Assembly: GCA_965112155.1 (NCBI GenBank)
Contig: OZ218113.1
DNA from: Podarcis liolepis
Lineage: Eukaryota
Strand: one strand, 5' to 3'
Length of the DNA stretch: 64,000 nt
The notes under the pieces are model-generated. The model saw only the letters and a list, made by a program, of their open reading frames with translations. It was not told the origin of the DNA and searched no databases. Positions 11,520-23,073 of the stretch are shown here, one piece after another. Made by a program: the position numbers and the translations under genes. The number at the start of each line of letters is the position of its first letter. Position 1 is the stretch's first letter.

Positions 11520-14500
11520 TATATGAAAGAGTCACCAATTAGCAACATGGGCATGGGGTTGGCTAGCTGGCTTATAAAATGCTTTCCATACTTGGAACAC
11601 ATGCGGATGAATGTGCAAGGCTGGAATTAAACTCTCAACTTTGACAGAAGGAAAACCCCACCCTGAAGGTAGCAGGGTTAAGCAAAGGGACGCAAGTTGT
11701 GGATTTTGCTTCTATTACTGATTCAAACCTACTGATACGCAGAGCACAGGAACATCTATCTCCTCTCCCCAAAACCAAGTCCTGCAACCCACTGTCTATG
11801 ACTATGTGCTTCTATGACTTTAGCAAACACTACCCAGATGCTTCCTATCTTGGAAGCTATGAGGGTTGGAAACCTGGTTTTGCTACAGAAAAATAACAAT
11901 AGATCAGGAATGAGGAAACCCAACAAGCATGGGCCAATGGTCAGAGGCAGTGGGAGCTGCAGTCCAACACCACCTGGAGGACAAGCAGGAGAATCCCTGC
12001 TTTACATGCTGAATTCTGTGTCACATTATAGTCTCCACTTGTGTGAGGCCTGCATTGAGTTATGCTAACCAGGAAATGTGGCAGTTGTGAAGTGGGGCTG
12101 AAACAAATTTTGCAGGATCAAAACTGACATGGCATACACTTTAATGTAGCAGCTTAGTTATAAGGGCTTTGGTGTACCTGCAGAGAAGATTATTTGCTGA
12201 TTAAACGGTTACTTGCCAAAGAGTCCAACTGATACTTCCAGCAGTAGAGCCTGGAATATAACCGGGCAACCAAACTTGATCCAGAAATATTTACAGCAAG
12301 CCACGAAGGCAGACACCATGGAATTTCACTTTGGAAGTCTGCAAGTTATTTTTAATGTGTATAAACCAGGCTGCCCACTGAAGGAAAAGCAGAGGTTTGA
12401 TCCAACGTGGTTTTGTGCTCAAAGCTGAAAATGCAGAGCACAACCCGCCAGGACTTTACCTACTCACTGCACAAGAGTCCAGCAGTTCATTTGAATTGCA
12501 CAGGGCTCCTGTGAAACAAACTCCCTTCCCTCAAAAGATCAGACTATTTAAATTAAGGAAAGTGATAAGAGGATGCACTGGAAAGTGTAGGATTAACACT
12601 TGTCATCTAATTTCTCTGTAAACAAATCAGGTTGAATGCTCACTATAAAGGTTGTCTGGCGGTTACACATCTCTAACTGTGGCTGTCCTGATAGCTCCAA
12701 GCACCAAAAGCTGCTGGAGTTAAAATCAAAAATATGGGAAAGAATAACCCTAAAGGAGCAGATTGGTTTAGCGCATTCTAGAACATGAGCCTTTTGGAAA
12801 CAACACTTTTTCCGTATCAGAATGTACTGCTTTCTTAGATTTTCAGCACACGCACACCCCACTCCCCAATCTCACAGCAACCCCAAAGGTCAAGCTAAGA
12901 TGTGGTTGCTGACTCAGTGAGCTGAGTGAGCTGCATGGCTGTGTGAGAATTTGAACCCCTGTCTCCCTGCTCCAGCTATTACACCACTCTGGCTATCTTC
13001 TGCCATAAATCTAGAGAACTCCCCCTCACACCCTTTCACAAACTAATGAAAACCTGTTGTGTTCTTCATTCTTTCCCCTGTCATCTGGCCTGACCAGTTG
13101 GAAAACATTCGGCTGAAGAGAGGGAAGGCAAGAGCTATCAGTATATAGAGTCTTATTAGGATAGTCTGTCATTATCTTAGGAGATACCAATACCTCCCTC
13201 TCATTTCACACACCTGGTAACTGTGTTGAAGACAAAGTTTTGTCACCCTCCAACAGACTGGGGAGTAGCAATGGGATAATTTGCCCTATGGGTCATTGCA
13301 AGAGGCAAAGGTAGCTGAGCTACGGTAACCTGTGTTTACATCACAGAAGCAAGGGGAAGCTTAAAGGTTGGCACCTTCAGATGCAGAGGCAAAAGAGGAT
13401 ACTGTGCTGCAATTTGAAATGAAGATCAAGTCTGGAAGCAGAATTCATAATCTATGTAAGATAGTTCTTGGAAGAAGGAAACTCAACCCATACATATCAA
13501 CCCCCACCCACTTCAGATTAGTTATATATTTAAAGCAGGGCTGGAGGAACCTGTGGCCCTCCAGGTGCTAGACTCATACCCAATTTAACAGATATCAGTA
13601 ACTGATTGGTGACTCCTTCTGTGAAGTTGTGCTTTTTCAAAGGGAACTGTCACAGAAAGTTCAATGTATGCAAGTAGACACAAACAAACAATAAGCTCAG
13701 ACAGTGATCTTTGCTGAGAGAATAGGATGTTCGATAGGAGTACACAGGCATGTATCAAGAACATGAGGGGCCCTATTGCATCCAGTCAAGGGTTCACCTG
13801 GTGCAATGCCCTGGTTTCAAGGTGGTTTCGCCAGATGCCTCCAGCCAACAAGCAGGGCATGAAGGCAACAGGCCTCCCATGTCTGTCCCCAGCATACAGA
13901 ACTCAAAGGTATCCTCATTCACTCAGGTAACATCAAGTCATCAAAGTCATGGACAGACACTGCCTGCTCCCTTTCAAGAATTTGCCTAATCACTTTAAAA
14001 AGACAACACTGCCTATTGTGGCAACAAGTACCACAAACTGATTATATGTGCAGAGTATGAGGTCTTAACTTTCCACCTGGTCTGGATCTTTTGTCAATCC
14101 ACTTTGCTGTATAATCCTCAACAAATTCTAACATAATGAGAGGGACAAAAATGTCTACCCATTTTCTCCACACCTTTCATGATTTTTTGTCTACTCAGAA
14201 ATAAACTCCATCAAGTTTAGTGGGGCTTATTCACAAATAGGATTCCTGCATAGGATTGCAGCCAAAAGCATGAATTAGGAAGACCTTAGCATAAATCTCA
14301 CTCCTGTCACAGAACACCTAGACCAAGATTATTGTCTCAGCTGATCACCCTGTTCCAGAGTGCAGGTTGTGTGTGTGTTTATTTTAAAAAACTGAATTAC
14401 CATACAGAGTTCTTGTAAGGAGTACAGAAAGATAATATACATGAAATGTTTTGAGCACCCTTAAACACTATATAATGATCACCCCAATATGTACTCATCC

Positions 14501-16175
14501 TGCTGAATCAGACCAGCACTCAGATCACTGCCATACAGGAAGCTATTCTATTTTGGAATCCTAACACTGAAATCCTCCTTTGATCAATTTTCCTTTTCCA
14601 GCTGTGCTGTGAGGGAGATAAGCTGCAGAGAGGAACTGCCACACTGGACATTCGAGTTTCAAAGAACGTTAGCAAACTGGAACACTCATTTCCGGGTTTG
14701 AGGTGTTTGGAAGCCAAAACATTCGAGTCGCAAGGCATTCAACAATCAAGGTACAACTATACTTTATCAGCTGAGAGACCAAGCTACAAATCAAAATGTT
14801 CTCAGTTCAAATTTCACATCTGCCATGAGCTCCTCATTGGTTCTTGCAAAAACACTTTATCTCAGCCACAATGTGTACCCATACTAATACTGGCTTACTT
14901 TATAAAGTTGGTGTAAAGCTTACAGCTAGAAAATCCTATATAAATATTAAGTATTACCACATGCTGTATATCACCCTGAGTGTATAAAAAAAGTTTAAAT
15001 CAAAACACTATTTTCGGTTTATACCTGCATTTATATACACACAAGGTTTTAAACATTACATAAGTAAATGACAGCAAGGTAAAGTAACACCAATTACTTC
15101 TGAAGCAAACTAAGCTGGTGTGAGCCAGATTAGAGTTTTTGCAGAAACCAAAGGGAAGTTGTCAGCATGCTCAGAAAAACTCCAAGATTTTATTCTGTAT
15201 TTCAGCAAAACAAAAAACTTCATTGGAAAGAAACCAAAACAGCTAAATGTCTGTTTGGGTAGGAGGCAGTATCTTGGAAGAGGGCACACCCAGTGGGGAG
15301 GGTGGCAGAAAGAATAAACCACAGAACTTTGTTGTTTTACAATGGAAACCTGTAAGAAACAGTAGCAGGCAAATTCAATCCACCATGTCTTACTTCTCCC
15401 CAACACGTGGCAGTACACGTGTACAATACATACTTGGCTATGTAGTTAACAAGCCACATCCACAATAAGTTTAAACTGTCTACTATGTGTGTTCCTTAAC
15501 TTGCCCACCTCCTTGAAGCATCCAGGAAGCTGCCTGTTTATCAGGCCCTTCTGTCTATCTAGCTCAGTAATGTCTGGATTTTGCAGCAGCTTTCCAAGGT
15601 TTCAGGCAGAGGAGTGAATCATGGGGCCTTCCACATGCTGGAAACAGTGTTTGAAACTCATGTTTGTTCTTGGTGAATTTTGTGACAGGGAATTTCATTA
15701 GCGCAAGCAATTTCCGAGCTCTGGGTGCAGTACTGCGCCCATGATTTCAGATTAAAACTGCAGAGTGGAAGGAAAGGAGGAACTTTTTCTGCCTCCCACT
15801 TTGTGCTATTCTCTGAAGACTGGAGAAGAGACTCTCTTAAGAATATTAGGGGTGGGTGGGCAGGGGAAGGACCAGAGCACGTGAAAAATGAACATAATAT
15901 TTTAGGTGCAGTTCGCTCATTTCCAGCTTTGTATTTTTGCGATAAAAAAAGAGTTCACCTAGACATTCGGTTGTTGCACCCATAACCTAGGTTTAAGGTG
16001 CCATTCAGCTCCTAGCTTTCATATCTCAGTTTCTAACACTGGCTGCGAATACGCTTAGCAGCAGAGACTGGGGAAGAGGGGGCTGTGGCCTTTCAGACCC
16101 TGCTGGGCTGCAACCCCCAACAGCCCCAGCTAGCAGGACCAATGGCCAGAGATGGTGGCAGCTGCAGGAGTCCAG

Positions 16176-16183
16176 CCACGTCA
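16176..16183 (-). promoter_or_regulatory. UPRE (TGACGTGG), XBP1/ATF6-type site in SYVN1 intron 1
   Basis: ccacgtca on the + strand is the exact UPRE consensus, about 230 bp from the exon 1 donor. Confidence 0.55.
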
Positions 16184-16407
16184 GCAGGGTCAGATCTCCC
16201 CGTTCCTGGTTTAGGCTGCTGAACTGCAACCCTTCCACGTAGCTTCACCTGGAGGCTGGTGCCAGGGCTGGAGGGGAGGGGGAAGGCCTCGCCTGCGTCC
16301 GAGAACCATGACAGCTGCCTCCCAGCCCTGCCTGGGCCTAGGCCCACCTCCCTCCACTCTCTATTGACAGCCACCCGCGACCTTCTCCCGCTACCCTAAC
16401 GACTCAC

Positions 16408-16520
16408 CTAATCCCGGCAGCCCCGGAAGCCTCTGCGCCCACCTCAACCAGCACCAACTCCTCTCTTCTCTGCCTAACCGGAAGCCCCGACGCTCAGCTG
16501 ATACCTCACTTCCGCTCGGG
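16408..16520 (-). other. SYVN1: Probable non-coding exon 1 of SYVN1 (5' end approximate)
   Basis: tag|gtgagtc donor at 16407 in a CpG-enriched patch with ETS-type CCGGAAG/CGGAAGTG motifs at 16423, 16477 and 16507. Confidence 0.7.
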
Positions 16521-16773
16521 ACCTACCAAACGCTTTCCTCAGCCATCTACTTTCTCCCCGGCCCCGCTCTGTTTCACAGCCTCCCGACCGGAGAGTCCTA
16601 GATTTATTCTCGTCGTGTGATTAAAACTTGTATTTCGAGAGAGGTTCATATCGAAGAGGGTAGTCCTTTAATTCCTCGCAGTCTCCCCCCCCTCCTTCCA
16701 GTCTTCACATGGTACAATCCAAACAGATCCGCTCGGTGTTGTCCTCCAGCGCCGGACAGGCGAAAGAGAGTCC

Positions 16774-16792
16774 CGTGGCTCCCGGTGATTGG
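16774..16792 (-). promoter_or_regulatory. ERSE-I (CCAAT-N9-CCACG) in the SYVN1 promoter
   Basis: cgtgg-ctcccggtg-attgg gives the exact 9-nt spacing; HRD1 is a known unfolded-protein-response target. Confidence 0.85.
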
Positions 16793-17440
16793 TCCAAAGT
16801 CTGGAGTCTCCTCCAATCAAATAAATGTTCCCAGAGGGCCAATTGGGATGGAACAGCCGTTGCCAAGCGGGAAGGCGGTCTAAGAAAAAGTGGGGGGGGG
16901 GGGAGTAGTTAGAACTTAAGTCATGGGTTCAAATTATACCTTAGCCACGTCGCTTTAATTCTTCTGCCTCAGGCTGTTCCTACATAAGATTGTGTGAACA
17001 TTAGAGATAATGAATGATTTTGAGGGGGTTGGTAATCAAGTTAAATCTCCGCCACAAATGTAACACCTGGATTTCATTGATTTTGATCCTCCATTTTTAG
17101 GAGGTTGCAACTAGTGATTTCATTACACATATATCCCTCCTCTTCCAAAGAGCTCAAGGCAATATATATGTCATACTTCCACCCTGTTTGACCCTCACAA
17201 CAGTCCTGTGAGGTAGGTTAGGCTGAGAGTGGCTGCTTCCAGACCAGCAGTTATCTGATATGCACAGGAGACTATGTCCAATATCTGATATGTTCAAGGC
17301 TGTACAATTTTGCCAGCTAGTGGTTGCTATCCTGCGCTTTCCAGTGCAATTGTCTGTCACTTTTTAATCGGGCTACTTTTTGTGATTAGTACAATGATCC
17401 CATCAATCAATGTTATAACATGATTATGCAGAATAATCTA

Positions 17441-17688
17441 AATAAAAAAATTCCTTCCAGTAGCACCTTAAAGACCAACTAAGTTAGTTCTTGGTATGAG
17501 AACTCATACCAAGAACTAACTTAGTTGGTCTTTAAGGTGCTAAAAACTCATACCAAGAACTAACTTAGTTGGTCTTTAAGGTGCTAAAAACTCATACCAA
17601 GAACTAACTTAGTTGGTCTTTAAGGTGCTACTGGAAGGAATTTTTTTATTTTGACTATGGCAGACCAACACGGCTACCTATCTGTAAC
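17441..17688 (-). mobile_element. Penelope-like fold-back (pLTR) element with an internal 44-bp triplication; ribozyme core absent
   Basis: 12-bp TSD cagaataatcta (17429-17440 / 17689-17700); inverted arms; same sequence family as 18534-18729. Confidence 0.75.
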
Positions 17689-18533
17689 CAGAATAATCTA
17701 GTGAGTTAGGCCATTGTCCCATCTGGCACAGTACTGTTTACACTGACAGGCAGTGGCTCCCCATAGTTTGAGGCAGGGATCTCTCCAAGACCTACCTGTA
17801 ATTGAAAATAGCCTGCCTCAACCCTTTGTGTATTTCAGAAGGTGGTCTGTCTGTGAATATTGTTGCAAACCTCTGAGCAGTGCGAGATTCTGGGGGTTCC
17901 TGGCGCTTACCCAAAGGGAATGAGGTTTGCTGTGAGGAGAATGTGGGTATGCCTGGGATAGCTCAGTTGCTGGTGGTCCCTTCTGATCTCTGAAATTCTA
18001 TGACATGCAAGGAGGGCAGCTGATCTCTGCTTGGTCTACTTTACACATTTTTTCAGAGAAGAAAATTGAGGGGGCCCTTGAGCCAGTCACGGTCTTCCTA
18101 CCTACGGTATCTCCACAGGGTTGCTTTATAAAATGGGCGGAGGGGGCTTGAGTCAGCCACGCTCTGCCCAGCCTACCCCACAGTTTTGTTGTGTTGGCAC
18201 AACATTGGAAACCATGGCTGGATCTCTAGACCCAGATGAAGAAGCGTTTCAGGAAAAAGGCGTTGTAAACTTTACACGAGAAAACCGCATTGGCAAAAAC
18301 GGAACTCCACAGCGCCATCTTGGTGTCGCCGTGTGTTACAATGCACAAACATATATAAAATGCTCTTTCTTTACCAATCTACAGCTGAGTAGGCAACACG
18401 TCAAAGAAGCGATTCAGTTAAACGCGTTGCAGGGGCATCCCGTTGGCTAAAGACGGGACTCCACATCGCCATCTGGTGTCACAGTGTTATAACGCAGATA
18501 AAACGCTTTATCTTTACCAATGTAGCTGAGTTA

Positions 18534-18729
18534 CAGATAGGTAGCCGGGTTGGTCTGCCATAGTCAAAATAAAAGAATTCCTTCCAGTAGCACCTTAAAG
18601 ACCAACTAAGTTAGTTCTTGGTATGAGCTTTTTGGTATCTGAAGAAGTGTGCATGCACACGAAAGCTCATACCAAGGACTAACTTAGTTGGTCTTTAAGG
18701 TGCTACTGGAAGGATTTTTTTTATTTTGT
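18534..18729 (+). mobile_element. Penelope-like fold-back (pLTR) element carrying a hammerhead ribozyme
   Basis: 16-bp TSD caatgtagctgagtta (18518-18533 / 18730-18745); inverted arms of about 55 bp; gtagccg-gttggtctg...gcaccttaaagaccaac motif typical of reptile Penelope ends. Confidence 0.8.
18632..18675 (+). ncRNA. Minimal type-I hammerhead ribozyme motif
   Basis: Stem I ttggtat/ataccaa; core CTGAAGA plus one extra A; stem II gtgtgcatgcacac; GAAA; palindromic AGCT stem III; CUC cleavage triplet. Confidence 0.8.
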
Positions 18730-18989
18730 CAATGTAGCTGAGTTAGTGCATGTTTACTGCACTGAGCAATATAAATGTGTGTGTGTTTTGATTAACAAAA
18801 TTAAAATAAACAAATATACCTTTTTAAAAAAACATTTGAACACACACTACAAAATGCACATTTTCCAAAAAAAAATAAAGGTATATATGTTTATTTTAAT
18901 TTTGTTATTTAAAAAACCAACCCCATTATTAGCCGCAACCCCCACTGATTGCTAGGAAGGGTTCGCCGCCACCTGTGCTACTAGAAAAG

Positions 18990-19480
18990 CCCCCAAATTA
19001 ACCCCCGTTACGCAGCGCAGTCCTGCAGGGCGATGTAGAAGCATGCGGCAGCCGTTTGATCTCAGCGGAGCCTAATGCCCAGGCAAGCGGGCGCAAGAGC
19101 GCAGCCTTATTTATGCCCGTTTACTCAGAAGTAAACCCTGCCGCGTTCCATCCGCCTCGCAAAACACACACACACACCCCGCCGCCGCCAATAAGCGCGC
19201 CCCCGCGCGCGCACAGAACCCTCGCAAAGTGATTTACTGCCCGTCAAGGAGGCTCGAACCTTTGACGGACAGCTTCGCGAAAGGGCACGCGGGGACTGGA
19301 TGTTCAATAGCCTTTGTTCCTCCCTCCCTCCGTCCCGCGAGCGGCGATTGGGTTAGCAGGATACCCGGCGGAGCCTATAAAAAAAGCCGCGCGCGGGCGG
19401 TGGGGTGAGGTGAAACGGCGTTTAGCGTGGTGCTCCGCCCACCTGTGGCTTTTTGCGAGCTGGGTGGTTTGCTCTGTTCA
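18990..19480 (+). promoter_or_regulatory. CpG-rich promoter with CCAAT boxes and TATA box (TATAAAA 19376-19382), probably of the Speedy gene
   Basis: CpG cluster; ccaat near 19188; attgg near 19347; cctataaaaaaag oriented toward the Speedy exons. Confidence 0.65.
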
Positions 19481-22268
19481 GGTGCAAGGGTGGGGGAAGG
19501 GAGGCGAGGCAGAGAAAAAGGCGGGAAAATGTGTTTTGAGGGAAGGGGCCTTTTGGAGAGAAGGGGGGGGTGTCTCCACTTTCTTTTTCTTGGGTGTGTT
19601 TCCCTCAAAGTCAACTCGCCCTTGAGTTCCCCAGAAGAGAAGCTGATCGTTCCTTCTCTTTTTGGCATTTTAGTTCCCCCAGAGGGCACAGGCCGCATAC
19701 CCCCTCAAGCGAGCTTCCTTACAGGGTTGTTTGTAAAATAAGCCGCGAAATTAAACCATGGAAGCTCATGTTGGTTTAATTAGAGTGGGAAGGAAATCCA
19801 CTACAAAGGCCATATATGTCTGGTTTTGGTTTGTTTTCAATTGGGGGCAAACTTAAAAGGTCCACAAACTGAGACCAAAAGCCTTAATTTCTTGGCATTT
19901 TGTCTTTGGGCAGGAGGTTGAGCTAAAGGAAGGATTTGGGTGGGGAGAGGAAAATGGAGGTAGTGAAGGAGCTGCTCCCCCTCATCCCAATCTGCCGTTC
20001 AAAATGTGTAATATAATTGTGTGTAGCAGGATGATGTATTCCCATAGGAAGCCGTGTTAGTCTCTTGCTGCAAAAACAGTAGATAGGCTTGTGGTATCTT
20101 GGAAGGCCTAACCATTTTTAATGGTTTGCGGACTAGAGTCTGCTTGAATTTTTTAACATTTGAAAATGCTAGATACTGTATGTGTTTGTGTACAGTGTGT
20201 GTATTGCTCTGAACTATTTACTATTCCTTTGATTCCCCCGGTTTTTAATCACAATATATTTATATTTTAATGAGTTCAGCAAAATCCTTGCTTCCCTGCT
20301 AATAGACTTTGCCACCCATTTAATTTTGGGTGGTGCACCTTTTTAAATTTTAAGCCCATTACTTAAATTTGTGGCTGATTCAGAGTTTACAAGAATGAAG
20401 TGCTTCTTCACTGTGTTTCAAATCAGTAGGTTACATGTACCAATACTTGACCCATCAGAAATTGGGGCTCTTTCTTCAGCACCAATGTATGCTACCTGTT
20501 TTTTATCGATAGGTCTTGTTTGCTCCTCTTAAAGTACTTGGGAAACTCCAATCACCTGTGTGACAGACTTCAGTGAAAGAACATAACAATGGTAATCTGG
20601 AAGGATTTTGATTTTTGTTTTGCAATATTGCCTTTCTTTTTCTTTCTCTCCACTTACCCCATCTTCAAATAGAAAGAAAATGTGGTGAAAGTGGTTGAAA
20701 TCTGGGTTTCCCCGCCAATAATAGTCCCAATGGAGTTCAATAATTTGTTGGTCACACATTTTTAAGAAGCGGTGCTATTTTTTTCTCTCCCTGCTATTTG
20801 CAATATGGCTTGTTTATCACTCCCACAAAGTGGGGGGTAATCAGTAGATAAGAAGTAATTCTAGCAGGATAGCCATGCCAGTGTTACAGCTAAAGAAAGC
20901 CTTCAAGCCCCTTAAAAACATAATAAACAGTGTGTGTCATGCAGGAAGTCTGGTAACATGGATGCTGCAGCACCTACAGATGTTACTAAAAGGTTTGGTG
21001 CAGTCAGAGATTAGATCCTGAGCTTCTTCTCTTCCTAATTACTTGTAAATCTGGAGTGCCCTTCCATAAACATTTGGTGGTAGTAGCAACAGGAGTACCT
21101 CTGAGTATGTATGAAATACACTTTAGGCAACTAGGTAACTGTGGTTATCCTCCGGATCTAGAACCTGTGCACTAAGTTGGACACAGTGGCTTCTATGTAT
21201 GCCTGTGGCCCAGCAGTACTACTGCTGCCAACTTCTAAATATTGCCTTGTCCAGTGCAGTGAGGTATGTTAGGTCATGGCTAGGTACATCATTGGATTTT
21301 GCTTCCTCCATTTTGACGGAGCTGAACCAGATAGGGTTGATTTACTAATCACTACTCCCAATATCGAAGTGGTGCTGAGTCCTTGAGTCCCTGTATTCAT
21401 AATAAATTCCAGAATTGAGTGCATATGTTGGCCCACTAGCTGGGGCTCAGGTTAAACCTCTGGGAATGTGGGTGATATAAGCAGGAGCGTTACTTTAGAC
21501 AGAATAGAGTGTGGCTGGCAGCAGTTGCTTCTGCCCTGTGCTGCAGACCATGGCTGAGCAGAAAGCACATGGCTTCTTCCAAAGAACCCTGGAACTGTAG
21601 TTTACCCCTTACAGAGCTACAACTCCTAGTGCCCATGTCACATGTGTGGTCTAAACTCCAGGAGTGATAAAAACAGGGCTCAAAGCTTGCACTGGAAAAA
21701 GTTGCACAGGGTACTTCTAATGTATGAAATACTGTAAATTGTTTTGGGATGCAATTTTGGGAAATGATTTACTGTACATTGAAATAAATAAAAAACCCCA
21801 GCCTTTTCTGTGATACAACCTGCTAGTATCTCGGGGAATTAGCAACTGTGTTTTAATGACTTAAGTCTTCCTAGTTCTTGCTTGTATGTGTATTCTCAGC
21901 CCAAAGCATTGGGGAGACAGCCAAAATGGGAACACATGTCTTCTTCAGCCTCTGGTTTTTCCAGTTCTCTTGAACTATTTGCAAGCTTTTAACAGGAATT
22001 TACGACTTGTATAACATTTATACAGAAGAGGGTGTGTGCCATCCCATCTGGGAAGATTTTCAGTCCTCGTACCTATTATAAGAATTCTAAGGTCTCAAAT
22101 ATAGAATAAATGTTCATAAATCTACAAGGCAAACACATACATAAGTATAAATAGTACAGGAGAGCAATCCTGAAGCCATCCTCTCCCAAACTGACCTTAC
22201 ATATATCCCCTGCAGTACGGAAGGCAAGTGGGGGAAAGCCTTCCCATTATCTTTTTGCTTACAAATCC

Positions 22269-22712
22269 TGTCTTAAGGACGTATTTATGTATGAATAGGG
22301 TGAGCCTGTGACCTGGATTCAGGAACTAAAGTATTTACCATCACAAAAGAATGGCCAGGCTGCCCAGGTAATGCAATCAGTGACCATTATCAGATATCTT
22401 GGCAGACAGCCTCCTTCTGTGATGTATGTATGATGTTTTGTGGGGTTGGTCTTGGGCTACAGGGTGGGCAATTTCAAAAGTCTATATAAGGGCTTGCACA
22501 CCATTGTTCTGGGTTCTCCTTCCTGCATATGGTGAGTGGGGACCCTGTTGCAACGGTTTTTTTCTTTGCTATAAAGATCAGGCTTTGCTTCTCAATATAC
22601 CCTGGTTGGCCTCTGTTATTTTCTCCTACCGAGAGGGAACCCACTTAAGGACTCTATACGGGTTCCAGAATACCCCATAAGGGAAAGGAAGCAGGGTTTT
22701 TTTTCTTTTAAC
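22269..22712 (+). mobile_element. Solo-LTR-like element in the Speedy 5' intron
   Basis: TG...CA termini (tgtc...ttaaca), about 440 bp, internal TATATAA at 22483 and ATAAA near 22571; TSD not clean. Confidence 0.45.
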
Positions 22713-22853
22713 ATGTCCTATAATGCAAAATTGTCCCAGATTCTTTGTGGAGGGAAGATAGCATTTTATGTTCATTGGTAACTTGGAATCTAAACTATTT
22801 CCTCCACAGAAAGGTTCTTTTTGAGCCTCTGTTGTTCCAACTTGAGACGAAAA

Positions 22854-23073
22854 ATGCGGGACAACCAGAGCACTTGTGTCCCTCCTGAGGTCACCACAGG
22901 GGTGAAGCCAGGGAGCACAAGACGGCGACAGCGTGTCACACATGGTGTTGGGGTACTCAGCGGTGATGCACAGGGGCCTGAGAGAGAGAATACCACAGCA
23001 GCCTTGAAAACTTCACAGCAACCACCTTTGCTTCTACACAGAGAAGAACAAGAGGCCTTCTTCAATCTCCTGG
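22854..23073 (+). CDS. SPDYC: Speedy/RINGO CDK activator, first coding exon (MRDNQSTCVPPE...EQEAFFNLL)
   Basis: Acceptor cctccacag at 22809, aaaATG start, G|gtgag donor; resembles the Xenopus RINGO N-terminus (QERQAFYRLL). Confidence 0.85.
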
